Shown one piece after another: positions 1 to 10,504 of a stretch of 64,000 nucleotides of DNA. The translations under genes were made by a program, and so were the position numbers. Under the pieces are notes generated by a model. It worked only from the letters and a program-made list of their open reading frames with translations. It was not told where the DNA came from and ran no database searches. Position 1 is the stretch's first letter; every line of letters starts with the position of its first letter. Origin of the DNA: Candidatus Latescibacterota bacterium (GTDB lineage: Bacteria; Latescibacterota; UBA2968; UBA8231); the NCBI GenBank assembly GCA_965223905.1, contig CBDCXV010000011.1, positions 1,152,001-1,216,000 on the forward strand. The letters run 5' to 3'.

Positions 1-1459
1 CCGTCTTCTGCCGGGTGTAGAACAGCACCCCCTCGCTCCCCTGGACGTGCAGGTCCCCGAAGAACGACTGGTCCCAGCCGGAGAAGGAGAACAGGGCCAT
101 CGGCGCCGGCACCCCGAGGTTGATGCCGATCATGCCGCACTCGGCCTCGCGGGCGAAGCGGCGGGCCGCCCCCCCGTCGCGGGTGAAGATGGTGGCGGCG
201 TTGCCGAACGGGATGCGGTTGACCCAGGCGATCGCCTCGTCGACGGTCGACGGCCGCATCATCCCGAGCACCGGGCCGAACAGCTCCTCGCTGAAAACCC
301 GGTGGTTGGGGGTCACCCGGTCGAGCAGGGTGGGGCCGACGAAGAACCCCTCCTCAGGGATGCCCTCGCGGCCATCGCGGGCGACCTCGAGCTCCTGGTC
401 CGGCGCTTCCTCTATGCAGCGGAACAGCCGCTGCCGGGCCGCCGGGTCGATCACCGGCCCCATGCCGGCGCCGCGGTCGGCCAGGGTGTCGCCGACCTCG
501 AGGCCGTCCATGGCCGCCAGGACCTGCTCGCGCAGGGGCTCGGCCCCGGCGCCGACGCCCATCAGCAGGGAGCCGGCCATGCAGCGCTGCCCGGCGCAGC
601 CGAAAGCGGAGCCCATGATCGCATCAATCGTCGCGTTCCCGGCCAGGGCCTCCCCGACGAGCCCGCTTTCCACCGCGTCCGGCATCGCCAGCAGCACGTT
701 CTTGGCGCCGCCGGCCGACTGCACCCGCTTGCCGTGGCGGGCCGCCAGCTCGTACACCCGGCCGGCGACCCCGGAGGAGCCGACGAAGCTGACCGCGGCG
801 ACCTCCGGGTGCACGCACAGGGCCTCGACCACCTCCCTGCCGCCGTGGACGACGTTGAGGATCCCGGGCGGCAGGCCGGCCTCGAGGAACAGCTCGGCCA
901 GGCGGTTGGCGGTGAGCGGCACCTTCTCGCTCGGCTTGAGGACGAAGCTGTTGCCGCAGGCGATCGCCAGGGGGTACATCCACATCGGCACCATCGCCGG
1001 GAAGTTGAACGGCGTGATGCCGGCACAGATCCCTATCGGCTCGCGCGTCGCCCAGCCGTCGATGCCGCGCGCCAGCTCCGGCAGGATCTCCCCCTTGGCG
1101 AGATGGCCGATGCCGCAGGCGAACTCGACGACCTCGATGCCGCGGCGGACGTCCCCCCGGGCCTCCTCGCGGGTCTTGCCGTTCTCGCACACGACCAGCC
1201 GGGCCAGCTCCTCGAAGCGCGCCTCGAGCAGCTCGCGGTAGCGGAAGAGCACGCGGGCGCGATCCGGGGCGGGCGTCCGCGCCCAGCCGGGGAAAGCCTC
1301 CCGGGCGGTGCGGACGGCGATGTCGACCTCCCGGGCCGTGCACTGGGGAGCGCGCGCGATCACGGCCCCGCTCGAGGGCTGGTGGACGGGGGTGAACTCA
1401 GCCGTCTCGGGCTCGGTCCACCTGTCCCCGATCAGTATCGGAACGACGGGGGCTGCCAT
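1..1459 (-). CDS. mmsA: CoA-acylating methylmalonate-semialdehyde dehydrogenase (3' end runs off the window)
   Basis: Manual translation from ATG 1459: ENGKT, GITPFNFPAMVPMWMYPLAIACGNSFVLKPSE, SAFGCAGQRCMA, EELFGPV, FFPFSGW. Absent from the ORF track because it has no stop in the window. Confidence 0.9.
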   Translation of the reverse strand, partial: MAAPVVPILIGDRWTEPETAEFTPVHQPSSGAVIARAPQCTAREVDIAVRTAREAFPGWARTPAPDRARVLFRYRELLEARFEELARLVVCENGKTREEARGDVRRGIEVVEFACGIGHLAKGEILPELARGIDGWATREPIGICAGITPFNFPAMVPMWMYPLAIACGNSFVLKPSEKVPLTANRLAELFLEAGLPPGILNVVHGGREVVEALCVHPEVAAVSFVGSSGVAGRVYELAARHGKRVQSAGGAKNVLLAMPDAVESGLVGEALAGNATIDAIMGSAFGCAGQRCMAGSLLMGVGAGAEPLREQVLAAMDGLEVGDTLADRGAGMGPVIDPAARQRLFRCIEEAPDQELEVARDGREGIPEEGFFVGPTLLDRVTPNHRVFSEELFGPVLGMMRPSTVDEAIAWVNRIPFGNAATIFTRDGGAARRFAREAECGMIGINLGVPAPMALFSFSGWDQSFFGDLHVQGSEGVLFYTRQKT

Positions 1460-1484
1460 GAGTAGCTCCGTTTTCTGTCGGCGC

Positions 1485-2375
1485 TCAGCCGGGCCCTGCG
1501 GCCCGCCTGGCGGCGAGAATGGTGTTGAAGAGCAGCATCGCGATCGTCATCGGCCCCACCCCTCCCGGGACCGGGGTGATGGCGCTCGCCTTCCTGCTGA
1601 CGCTGTCGAAGTCGACGTTGCCGATCAGGCGATAGCCGCTTCTGCGGGTGGAATCCTCGATGCGCACCACCCCGACGTCGATCACCACGGCGCCCTCGGC
1701 GACCATGTCGGCGGTAATGATGTGGGGGCGGTCGGCCGCGGCGATCAGGATGTCCGCGGCGCGGGTGTGGGCGCCGATGTCGCGGGTGCCGGTGTGGCAG
1801 ACAGTCACCGTGGCGTTGGCCCCTGGCCCCTTCTGCGCCAGAATGTTGGCCAGCGGCCTGCCGACGAGGGTGCTGCGCCCCACGACGACGACGTGCTTTC
1901 CCGCCATCTCGATGCCGCTACGCCTCAGCATCTGCACCACCCCGTGCGGCGTGCAGGGCAGGAAGCCCTCCTCCTGGCGCAGCATGCGGCCGAGGTTCAC
2001 CGGGTGCAGTCCGTCGACGTCCTTGCCGGGATCGACGGCGTTGAGGACGAGGCTCTCGTCCAGGCCTTGGGGAAGGGGCAGCTGCACGAGGATTCCGTGG
2101 ACCGTTTCGTCGGCATTGAGGGCGGCGATCAGTTCCAGCAGCTCCTCCTGCGGGACGTCGCCGGGAAGCCGGTGCTCGCGCGAGTCGATGGCGATCTTCT
2201 CGCAGGCCCGGCGCTTCCCCTTGACGTAGGAGAGGGACGCCGGGTCGTCGCCGGCCAGCACCACCGCCAGCCCCGGGACGAGGCCGTGCCACACCCGGAG
2301 AGCGGCAACCTCCCGCCGCATCTTCTCCCGCATCCCCGCGGCTATCTCGTTTCCGTCCAGGATTCGCGCAGTCAT
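1485..2375 (-). CDS. folD: Bifunctional methylenetetrahydrofolate dehydrogenase/cyclohydrolase
   Basis: YVKGK, GILVQLPLP, KDVDGLHP, PCTPHG, VVVGRSTLVGRP, TPVPGGVGPMT motifs. Confidence 0.97.
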   Translation of the reverse strand: MTARILDGNEIAAGMREKMRREVAALRVWHGLVPGLAVVLAGDDPASLSYVKGKRRACEKIAIDSREHRLPGDVPQEELLELIAALNADETVHGILVQLPLPQGLDESLVLNAVDPGKDVDGLHPVNLGRMLRQEEGFLPCTPHGVVQMLRRSGIEMAGKHVVVVGRSTLVGRPLANILAQKGPGANATVTVCHTGTRDIGAHTRAADILIAAADRPHIITADMVAEGAVVIDVGVVRIEDSTRRSGYRLIGNVDFDSVSRKASAITPVPGGVGPMTIAMLLFNTILAARRAAGPG

Positions 2376-2490
2376 CAGGTTATCGGCGGGCTGTAGTAAA
2401 TCGAAGACATCTGGAAACTATCGGTTGGCGGTACTCGATTCCGGCGGCACCGGTCATCGCCCGGCCGCGGCCACCGCCGGCGAGGGGGCC

Positions 2491-3843
2491 TCAGCCCGCG
2501 GCGACGAAGTCCCGGCCGACGGCGTCCCGGAGCGCCCCGGGGACCATCACCGAACCGTCCGCCTGCTGGTAGTTCTCGACGATGGAGATCAGCATCCGCC
2601 CCATGGCGCAGCCGGTGTCGTTGACGGTGTGGCAGAACCTCGGCCCGCCCTGTTTGCCCTTGTAGCGGATGTTGAGGCGGCGGGCCTGGTAGTCGGTGGT
2701 GTTGGTGTCGGTCATGACTTCCATGAACTCGCCGCTGCCCGGCAGCCAGACCTCGAAGTCGCGCTGCCGGTGGCTGGCGAGGTAGCCGGCGTCTCCGCCG
2801 CACTTGTCGACCGACCGGTACGGAAGCTCGAGGGTCTGCAGCAGCCACTCGTTGATCTCGCCGAACTCCTCGTACATCCGCTGCGACTGCTCCGGCGCGC
2901 AGACCGAGTTCATCTCGATCTTGTCGAACTGGTGCACCCGCTTGATCCCCTTGACGTCCCTGCCCCAGGAGCCGGCCTCGGAGCGGAAGCAGGTGGTGGA
3001 GGCGAACAGCCTGACCGGCAGGTCATCCTCGGCCAGGGTGCGGTCCATGAAGTAGCTAAAGTTGGCCGGCTCCGAGGAGCCGACGAGAAACAGCTCGGTC
3101 CCCTCCTCGACGTTGTCGGTTTGGATGGCGTACACCTGGTCCCGGCCTTCGGGGAAATGGGAGGTCCCGTAGAGGGAGCGCTCGCGCACCAGCAGCGGCG
3201 GCACCATCATCTCGTAGCCCCGGCGCAGGAGCTCTCCGGACAGCAGCTGCTGCAGGCCGAGCTGCATCCGGGCCGAGGCCCCGCGGATGTAGGCGAAGCG
3301 GGAGCCGGAGACCTCGGACGCCTGGGCGGTCTCCATGCCGACGGCCGGGCCGAGGTCGGCGTGCTGCCGCGGCGCGAACTCGCCGCTTGCGTGCAGGGGC
3401 ATCGCCGGCATGGAGGCGGCGCTGTGGCCGCCGCTTCCCAGCTCTTCGCGGGGGCGGTACCCCGCACCGGGGATCCACACCTTCTCTTCGGGGTTGTCGG
3501 ACTCGTCGTCCCCGTCCGGCATGCCGGGGTGGGGCCAGTTGGGAAACCAGTCGAGGATCTGCTGCCACTCGCCGCTGACCTCGCCGAACTCGGCTTCGAG
3601 GCGGCGCCCCTTCTCGCGCAGCTCCTGCCCCCTGCTGCGGGCGGCATCGGGGTCGGTCCTGCCGAGCCGGGCGAGCTGCTTCTTCTCGCCGTTTACTTCG
3701 TCGATCTCCGCCTGCAGCCGGCGGCGTTCCCCGTCGAGGGCGAGCCAGCGGTCGACGTCCGCTTTGGCCGGGTCGACGCGGCGCAGGCGGATCGCCCGCC
3801 GCAGGGATTCGGGGTCGTTGCGTATGGTTCGTACGTCGATCAC
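2491..3843 (-). CDS. serS: Serine--tRNA ligase
   Basis: N-terminal coiled coil, CFRSEAGSWGRDVKGIKRVHQFDKIE (motif 2), DFEVWLPG, DYQARRLNIRY, ENYQQADGSV. Confidence 0.95.
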   Translation of the reverse strand: MIDVRTIRNDPESLRRAIRLRRVDPAKADVDRWLALDGERRRLQAEIDEVNGEKKQLARLGRTDPDAARSRGQELREKGRRLEAEFGEVSGEWQQILDWFPNWPHPGMPDGDDESDNPEEKVWIPGAGYRPREELGSGGHSAASMPAMPLHASGEFAPRQHADLGPAVGMETAQASEVSGSRFAYIRGASARMQLGLQQLLSGELLRRGYEMMVPPLLVRERSLYGTSHFPEGRDQVYAIQTDNVEEGTELFLVGSSEPANFSYFMDRTLAEDDLPVRLFASTTCFRSEAGSWGRDVKGIKRVHQFDKIEMNSVCAPEQSQRMYEEFGEINEWLLQTLELPYRSVDKCGGDAGYLASHRQRDFEVWLPGSGEFMEVMTDTNTTDYQARRLNIRYKGKQGGPRFCHTVNDTGCAMGRMLISIVENYQQADGSVMVPGALRDAVGRDFVAAG

Positions 3844-3972
3844 TTAGATTTCACGCGCTGCTGAAGAGCGTTGTCATCGGCCCTGGCGGGTGCCCGATCG
3901 CTGTCTTTGCGACCGCGGGATGGAGCCGGCCGGAAGGGCCCTCCCGCGGCCGCTGCAAACTTAGGAGTTGCC

Positions 3973-4620
3973 ATGTACGCTGTCATCTTCGACGTCGACG
4001 GAGTGCTCGTCGACAGCGAGGCGTTGAGCTGCGGCGCCTGGCTGCCGGTGTTGGAGGGCCGCGGCATAGAGTTCCGGCTCTCCGACATCGAAGATTTCAT
4101 CGGGCAGAGCGACGCCGCCGTCCTCGATCACTTCCGGGAGCGGCACCCCGCCGTCGATCTCGGCGATCACCTGATCGACGAGAAGGAGCAGGAGTTCTTC
4201 GCTGCCGCCCGCGGCCGCCTGCGGGCCTTTCCCGGGCTGACGCGGGTGCTGCAACGGCTCCAGGCGGGGGACGTGCCCATGGCCGTCGCCTCCTCCGGCC
4301 GCCACGGGAAGATCCGCTTCTCCCTGCGCACCGCCGGCCTCGAGGGGTTCTTCGATGTCGTCTGCAGCGCCTCCGACGTCGCCCGCGGCAAGCCGGCCCC
4401 CGACCTGTTCCTTCGCGCCGCCGGACTCCTCGGCGCGGAGCCTCGTATTTGCAACGTCGTGGAGGACTCGGTTCCCGGAATCGCCGCGGCGAAGGCCGCG
4501 GGCATGAAGGCCCTGGGGTTCACTTCGTCGCATCCGGCCGGGGTGCTGCTCGGTGCCGGCGCCGACGCCGTTTTCTCCCACTACGACCAACTACCTGCCC
4601 TTCTGCTTGGGAAGGGTTAG
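3973..4620 (+). CDS. HAD-family phosphatase (beta-phosphoglucomutase-like)
   Basis: FDVDGVLVDS, VASS, GKPAPD, VVEDS motifs; AGGAG RBS before ATG 3973. Confidence 0.9.
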   Translation: MYAVIFDVDGVLVDSEALSCGAWLPVLEGRGIEFRLSDIEDFIGQSDAAVLDHFRERHPAVDLGDHLIDEKEQEFFAAARGRLRAFPGLTRVLQRLQAGDVPMAVASSGRHGKIRFSLRTAGLEGFFDVVCSASDVARGKPAPDLFLRAAGLLGAEPRICNVVEDSVPGIAAAKAAGMKALGFTSSHPAGVLLGAGADAVFSHYDQLPALLLGKG

Positions 4621-4680
4621 TTGCCGGCGGGGGGGGGGGCATCCTCGACCTCGTGGGCCCCTGGCAAACGCGCCAACGCA

Positions 4681-5490
4681 CTACCGGACCCAGTGCCGGA
4701 ACAGCGGCCTGACCTCCTTGGCGAGCCGCTCGAACAGCTCCCGCGGCACCGGGGGAACCAGGTTTTCCTTCATTCCCCTTTCGTCGGCGAGCCTGCGGCG
4801 CTCGTCGCTTCCCGGCATCAGGCTGTCGAGGTTGAGCCACCAGGGGGCGAAGCGGATCGCCAGCCCGACCCGGGGTTGGTCCGACCGGTTGGGCGCGGCG
4901 GCGTGCCACAGCCGGCTGTCGAGCACGGCCACCGTGCCGGAGTCGCCGGTGAGAGCGGTCTCCCCTTCGAGAACGGACTGCGGATCGACGCCGTTGCCGC
5001 CGCTGGGGTTGTTGGGCTCGCGGTGGCTTCCCGGCGACACGAGGGTGCCGCCGTTCTCCCTGGTGAACGGGGAGAGCATCCACAGCGTCGTCAGGTGCAT
5101 GACCATGTCCGGGTACGGGGCCTCGACGTGGCCGGCGTTGCGCTGGTTGAACGGCCAGTCCGCGTGCCAGTCGCCGCGGGCGTTGCCCGGGTAGTTGACG
5201 ATCGAGGAGGTGTAGGAGACCCGGTAATGCTCCCCCAGCAGGGCCTGGCAGAGGGCGGCGAGCCGGTCTTCGATGAGGTAGGGGGTGAAGGACTGGCAGT
5301 AGCGGATCAGACCGGAGACGGCGCCGATGTTCGCAGGCGCGTCCGTGCGTTCCTGCCGGTGCAGGTCGACGGCGCGCAGGACGTCGGCGCCCACCGGGTC
5401 GACCTCGGCCGGGGGAATCACCTCTTCGAGGAGGCAGAACCCCTGATCTGCCAGCTGTCCCTCGAGGTCGTCAGTGGTTGGGTTCGCCAT
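4681..5490 (-). CDS. Phytanoyl-CoA dioxygenase (PhyH) family protein
   Basis: WHAD (HxD), ENGGT..PGSH, LWH, NRS..PR motifs. Confidence 0.88.
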   Translation of the reverse strand: MANPTTDDLEGQLADQGFCLLEEVIPPAEVDPVGADVLRAVDLHRQERTDAPANIGAVSGLIRYCQSFTPYLIEDRLAALCQALLGEHYRVSYTSSIVNYPGNARGDWHADWPFNQRNAGHVEAPYPDMVMHLTTLWMLSPFTRENGGTLVSPGSHREPNNPSGGNGVDPQSVLEGETALTGDSGTVAVLDSRLWHAAAPNRSDQPRVGLAIRFAPWWLNLDSLMPGSDERRRLADERGMKENLVPPVPRELFERLAKEVRPLFRHWVR

Positions 5491-5776
5491 GGAATCTCCA
5501 GCCTGAGGCAGGCTGCGTTATTGTCCCCTGGCTGGCTGCCTTCGCGAAGCATACCTGCTCATGCAGGAACTCGGGGGCAAAATCTGCTCCGTTGCTCCAT
5601 GAAAGCGTATGTCCTTCCAAAGTGAAAGATTTGAAGAATTTTTGGTCTTTCAACGGCTCGAAAACTTCACCAAATAACTCAGATGACAAATCGGCCTCGC
5701 CAGCAACTCCATCATTGAATGACAACCATACTCTATAGCCATCTATATATTTGGCTTGCTCAACATGTATGAACAT
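5471..5776 (-). CDS. DUF2442 family protein (putative antitoxin)
   Basis: YRVWLSFNDG, FEPLKD, TLSWSNGADFAPEFL; lies directly downstream of the DUF4160 gene. Confidence 0.85.
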   Translation of the reverse strand: MFIHVEQAKYIDGYRVWLSFNDGVAGEADLSSELFGEVFEPLKDQKFFKSFTLEGHTLSWSNGADFAPEFLHEQVCFAKAASQGTITQPASGWRFHGEPNH

Positions 5777-5779
5777 GAC

Positions 5780-5917
5780 CTACTCCAATGGTTTGATTTT
5801 TGACAATGGTTTTCGGTTCATTGCGGCTTCCCAGTTGGCCCTGAGTTCGTCTTGATGCAAAGAAGTACCACTCGAGTACGGCACTCAGTGCTCTCCTCGG
5901 GAATCTTCCGGTTACAA
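5780..5917 (-). pseudogene. 3' half of a DUF4160 family gene, interrupted by the composite transposon and carrying a +1 frameshift
   Basis: VVTGRFPRRALSAVLEWY, then after a frameshift LHQDELRANWEAAMNRKPLSKIKPLE*; joins the 5' half at 11888-12014. Confidence 0.85.
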
Positions 5918-7051
5918 CTGGACTTTTGCAAAAGGCAGAATTCCTGGGATAATCGGTCAAGGATAGAGGGTAGCGCGAATTCGATGGAACTTGGTATGTT
6001 TGGTAGGACGAAGGCATCCCCCGCCTTCGTTTCCCCTGGCCATGTGAGAGGTTGTTCATGCCAGGTATTGTTGATTTTCCCACGGTGGTTGAAGACGCGG
6101 TGGCAGAGTTCGGCGGCATCTTCGCCAACGCCCCGGAGCGCCGTCACTTTGCCGCGTATCTGACCGGGATGGTGGCCGAACGCAAAAATGTATCGGCGAT
6201 CAACGCCGAGTTCGTCGAGACCACCGATCAGTCCTGCCTGAACCGCTGGATTACGCAGGTGCGATGGGACGGGAAATGGCTCAACGAACATCGCCTGGAA
6301 TGGTTGCAGGAGCGTCCCTCGACGCGCTATTCGGGACGCGGGGTGATCGCCATCGACAACACCTTGGTCGGCCACAGCGGAGACAAGATCGAGGACGTGG
6401 GTTGGTTTTGGGATCACTCCGACCAGCGCTATATGATTGCGCATGACTACGTCATCGCCAACTACGTGTGCACCTCGGGGAAATACTATCCGGCGGAAGT
6501 GGCTGCGAATATCCCACCCGAGGATCGCAAACAGGTCAGCATCGGCAAGCGCAAACAATGGTATTTCACCAAGACCGTGCGCCTGCCCAAGCTCGATCAC
6601 CGCGTTCGTTTGCTGATCCTGTGGGATCGCAAGAACGGCAGGGAAGCGGTCAAGTTTCTACTCACCAATCGCGTGCACTGGGAGATCAGTCGTATTCTGA
6701 ACGTCTATCGCAAACGCTGGACGGGCACCGAGACTTTTCATCGGGACGGCAAGCACCATCTGGGCATGGGAGACTGTCAGTTACGCAGCGGCGAGGGCCA
6801 GACCCGGCATAGGTACCTCGTGATGCTTACGCACAGTCTGCTCAGGGCACGGAGGCGGCAGGGCCGTGCGCGTGACTGGGCTCATACCGTGCTAACGACC
6901 ATTGGCGAGGCCTGTCGAGCCGTGTCGCGAGAGACGCTCAGTAAAACCATCACCTGGGCGGTCGAACAGGCCATAACAGTAGGGTGGACGCAGGAGAGAA
7001 TCGTCGCACACCTAAAACTTGTGTAAAAAAGCGGAGTTTGCAAAAGTCCAG
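5918..7051 (+). mobile_element. IS701-family IS, left copy (internally deleted)
   Basis: Terminal inverted repeats CTGGACTTTTGCAAA / TTTGCAAAAGTCCAG; ~250 bp shorter than the right copy. Confidence 0.85.
6058..7026 (+). pseudogene. IS701-family DDE transposase with an in-frame internal deletion
   Basis: YLTGMVAERKN, VIAIDNT, YRKRW..ETFHRDGK; lacks the LEFRRF...FAFDCYF...GLMKA block seen in the right copy. Confidence 0.75.
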
Positions 7052-7310
7052 TGATAAGTGAGGGAGGCTGTTACAACGCACTCTTCGACCTTGAACTTGC
7101 TGGCTACTGCGGTAGTAGTAGCGATACGTAGCACGCGAATCAGGCAGCCTGTTTCCGGTTTTGAATGCATCCTGCGGTAGCCCGGCCACGTCTTGCGTAT
7201 GCCGTCGATTACGGCACAGGCTTGATCTATGCGTTTGCGTTTCCAGAATCGTGATGGCATTGAAATACAAGGGTTTCCTGAGTCTTCTCCTTACCGAGCT
7301 AATGAGCTGC

Positions 7311-8195
7311 CTAATTCGCACGTTTTACCTGTCCCCAACTGATAGGAGTGATTGCCGTTTCGTCAGACAGCCAGGGCGACCAGGAAGGCTCCCAAGCCGG
7401 GAAGTCAAGTAAGACCTGGAAGTTACTGCCATCAGCATCGATTAGGAACAGTTGTTCTTCATCCTTTCTGTTGAATGCTATGCGCCTGGAGTCAGGAGAC
7501 CAAGTCGGGTTAAGTCCATCCGTAAGGTAGCGAAGGTCAGAACCGTCAATTCCCATTAGCCAAATTTCTTCATATCCCTTAGGAAGGACTAATTTATTGC
7601 CATCCGGAGATACCTGAATGTCAGAATACCATTGATCGCTCGACAACAAAATCTGTCTATCTGTTCCGTCTGAATTCAGAATACCAACATGGCCTTTGTA
7701 GGTATATACAAATTGCCCGCCAGGAGACCAGTCTAAATTCCCGGCTGGTGTATACAGTTGGACATAGCCTGTTCCATCCGAATTGATAATGGATATATGT
7801 AGCCTATCGACAAATGCAATCCGTGATCCATCCGGAGACCAAACAGGATCATAATATGAACGAGTGGTGTTTTCATACTTTGGACGCCGCCGCAGCTCCC
7901 GAGGGTTTGATCCATCCGAATTGATAATCCAAATGTCTGTTGGATTGGTTACCGTATCGTAATGCAGAAATACAATCTGTTTGCCGTCTGGAGACCAATC
8001 AAATGATCCCGGATGTATCGGAATTCCTTCGACAGGGGCATCCGTTGTTAGTCTATCGGTTAGATGAAAAGGGGTGGCATCGGGAGCCGAATCGACAACA
8101 TAGAGCCCGTCGCCTGTAGAAAAAGCGATCTTGCTGGTTTGGGAACTGCTGGGGACCCCTATACAGAGAATCCCCAACAGTATGATGGCCATCAT
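7311..8195 (-). CDS. Secreted TolB/PD40-like beta-propeller protein with C-terminal WGxxK motif
   Basis: Signal peptide, repeated WSPDG...I(N/D)xDG units, ends TAITPISWGQVKRAN. Confidence 0.85.
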   Translation of the reverse strand: MMAIILLGILCIGVPSSSQTSKIAFSTGDGLYVVDSAPDATPFHLTDRLTTDAPVEGIPIHPGSFDWSPDGKQIVFLHYDTVTNPTDIWIINSDGSNPRELRRRPKYENTTRSYYDPVWSPDGSRIAFVDRLHISIINSDGTGYVQLYTPAGNLDWSPGGQFVYTYKGHVGILNSDGTDRQILLSSDQWYSDIQVSPDGNKLVLPKGYEEIWLMGIDGSDLRYLTDGLNPTWSPDSRRIAFNRKDEEQLFLIDADGSNFQVLLDFPAWEPSWSPWLSDETAITPISWGQVKRAN

Positions 8196-10103
8196 ACGGA
8201 GTCGTTTTTCTCCGTAATCTTATCCCAAAGGTCTGTGTCTTGATTGAGCTTACCCTCGCTGCCGGAGAAGTTAAATCCGCCGATTCCATTCACGTCCGCG
8301 TCATCTGCTGTGTCGAATGAAGCTGCGAATATACACTTGTTAATGGCGGTTGAAATAGGATGGTCTGGAGCCCACCACCATAATATGACGAGCGTCTTTT
8401 TCGTATCTCCAGCAAGGCGCTTCATTTCCGCAGCACAGTCGGTAATGCGCTTCTGGTTTGTCCCTGTATTGTCTTTGACGAAGGGGTCTGAGGATATAAT
8501 GTCGCACCCCTTGGAGAATTCTTCCAGAAAGATCGGGTGCATAATGTTCAGGGAGCAGGGCTTTGCCGAAGTCTTGCCCTTGTAGTCATACAGCCCGTCG
8601 TATAGGTCCTTGAGGGATGTTACGGGAGTAACTATTTGCCCCCCTGGAACGAATTCGGCTCCCGGTCCCGAGTCTGGTTCATCTTTCAGACCCCAAAACA
8701 GAACTCTCGAATCGTTAGGGTGATTTCCTGTAGGCTCGTTAAACCAATCTCTAATAGTTCCTGTTTTCGAATACAGGGCTCCGAATGCCTTTGTATCGTC
8801 GTCGTCAATGATGCTCAAGGTAGTTTCTATGTCAGTCTGAATGACATTGAAGTGTGCAGCCTTAAGGATCGGAGAGTTTACCGCATTGCCGTTGCCGTTG
8901 TCGTAGGCAACCAGCATCATATCAGGCCAGTCGTCTCCGTAGTCGGGGGCCGGGACAAAATAGACATTATCAACCCTGTCGGTGCTGTCCGCGAGAAGAT
9001 TGTCGTTTATGTCCAGTAATTGCGCCTGGACATTGTCTCCAGATATACTTTTCCTGGTCGGTGAGGCTGCAACGCTTATCGATGCGATGTAGTTGGGAGC
9101 TGTCGCATAGGAGACGGTATTGTTGACGTTTACCTTGAGCTTCCCGTCTAAAGGAGTTCCAGCCTGTCCTCGCGGCACCGTCAGGTATGCCCGGTAGGTC
9201 TGTCGGTTAGGTGGAGCACCACTTTTCGATGTATACAAAACCGGATCGAACTCCCGGTGGACAATCGGGTAAATCAGCCGGTCGGGACTGTTGGCAAAAT
9301 ACGGTGGAACATTGCGGCTGAAGCGTATCCAAGTATTACCGGAAGGCTGTTCGCCTGATCGAGTGGGGCTGGTAAGCTTGAATTTGTATATCCCTCCAGG
9401 GACAGAAGTCGGCAAGGCATCGGTGGGCAGTCCCCCCTGTATCAAAATAGGGATTCTGGTCTCCAGTCGCGGCTCCCCCGTATGTCTCAAGGGTAAATAG
9501 AGAGGTGTCGCTGCCGTCCTTGTATATGTCCAGCTTGGCTTGTTCGCCGCCCTTTTCCGATTGCAAGCGGACACGAACCGTCTCTCCTGTCGGTAGCTTG
9601 GGGATAAAGAAATACTGCTCTACCGTGCCAAGGTCGGAACTCGACCTACCGAACATATACCAGTTGAATCGCGGCTCCCAACATTCCATTGCATACCAGG
9701 AGATGTTTTTGAATTCCACCGTGTAATAGGTGTTGTTGCTGGTCGGCTCCACCCGTAGTCGATACAGCCCTTGTGGTCTGCTGTTGGGTATGTCCAGGGT
9801 AACGGTCTTCACGTCCCTTTAGTCCGGAAGGACCACGGAGCCGGATTCCGGGTTGCTGCCAGGGTCATCAAGGAGGTTATCGCACTGGTATAGGCTCGCT
9901 TTGAGGCCGTGAGAGTTCCCTTGGTCGTCCGCGTTGGTGACTGTGACATTCACCTGTCGTCCCGGAACAACCGGGACATCTACCCACAACAGGAAGTCTT
10001 TCCAGCCGCGATACGCAGTTTCAGTGTCGTTCACGACGCTACCACCGCTGTCGTTAGCTACGAGGTAGGTGCTACCAAGCTGCTTGAGTGCCATTTCCTT
10101 CAT
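8192..10103 (-). pseudogene. Disrupted ~630-aa protein, C-terminal part glycoside-hydrolase TIM-barrel-like
   Basis: ORFs 10103-9819 and 9812-9336 are in frame across one TAA; frameshift near the G-run at ~9435 leads into the 9574-8192 frame (FWGLKDEP, DIISSDPF). Confidence 0.55.
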
Positions 10104-10260
10104 CTCCTGGAATTTCTGTGATGAAGGGATTCATATCCGGGATATGGTACGCAATGAACAATCGCAAATCAAGCTATTTGTCGGTGAACATCATCGGCTT
10201 GTCCCTAACCCATTATGCCACAAGGAGATAGATCAACCACTAAAAAAAGGAGCACAGAAA

Positions 10261-10476
10261 ATGACGCAAGACCAATTAAAAAAAGCCCGCGATGCCATCG
10301 GCATGTATCAATGGGAGCTGGGGATCGCCCTCGGCGTCAGTGAGGCTGAAATCTGCCTGTGGGAGAAGGGCAAACGAACCATGCCGGAAAGGTATCTCCG
10401 GCTCATGGGGGCGGTCATTCACCACCAGGAAAGAGGATTGCGTATGAAGAACCTATCTCAAAATAGGCAAACTTAA
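10261..10476 (+). CDS. XRE-family HTH regulator (paralog of the island xre genes)
   Basis: LKKARDAIGMYQWELGIALGVSEAEICLWEKGKR; AGGAG RBS; nearly identical to the genes starting at 49863 and 51813. Confidence 0.85.
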   Translation: MTQDQLKKARDAIGMYQWELGIALGVSEAEICLWEKGKRTMPERYLRLMGAVIHHQERGLRMKNLSQNRQT

Positions 10477-10504
10477 ACTTGTTTTCGAAATGACAGTGAT
10501 GTAC

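Noticed and set aside
47-1465. Long plus-strand ORFs over mmsA, and similar antisense ORFs over serS, amidase, mrp and the giant gene
   Set aside because: Shadow frames of GC-rich genes; the opposite strand carries recognisable proteins.
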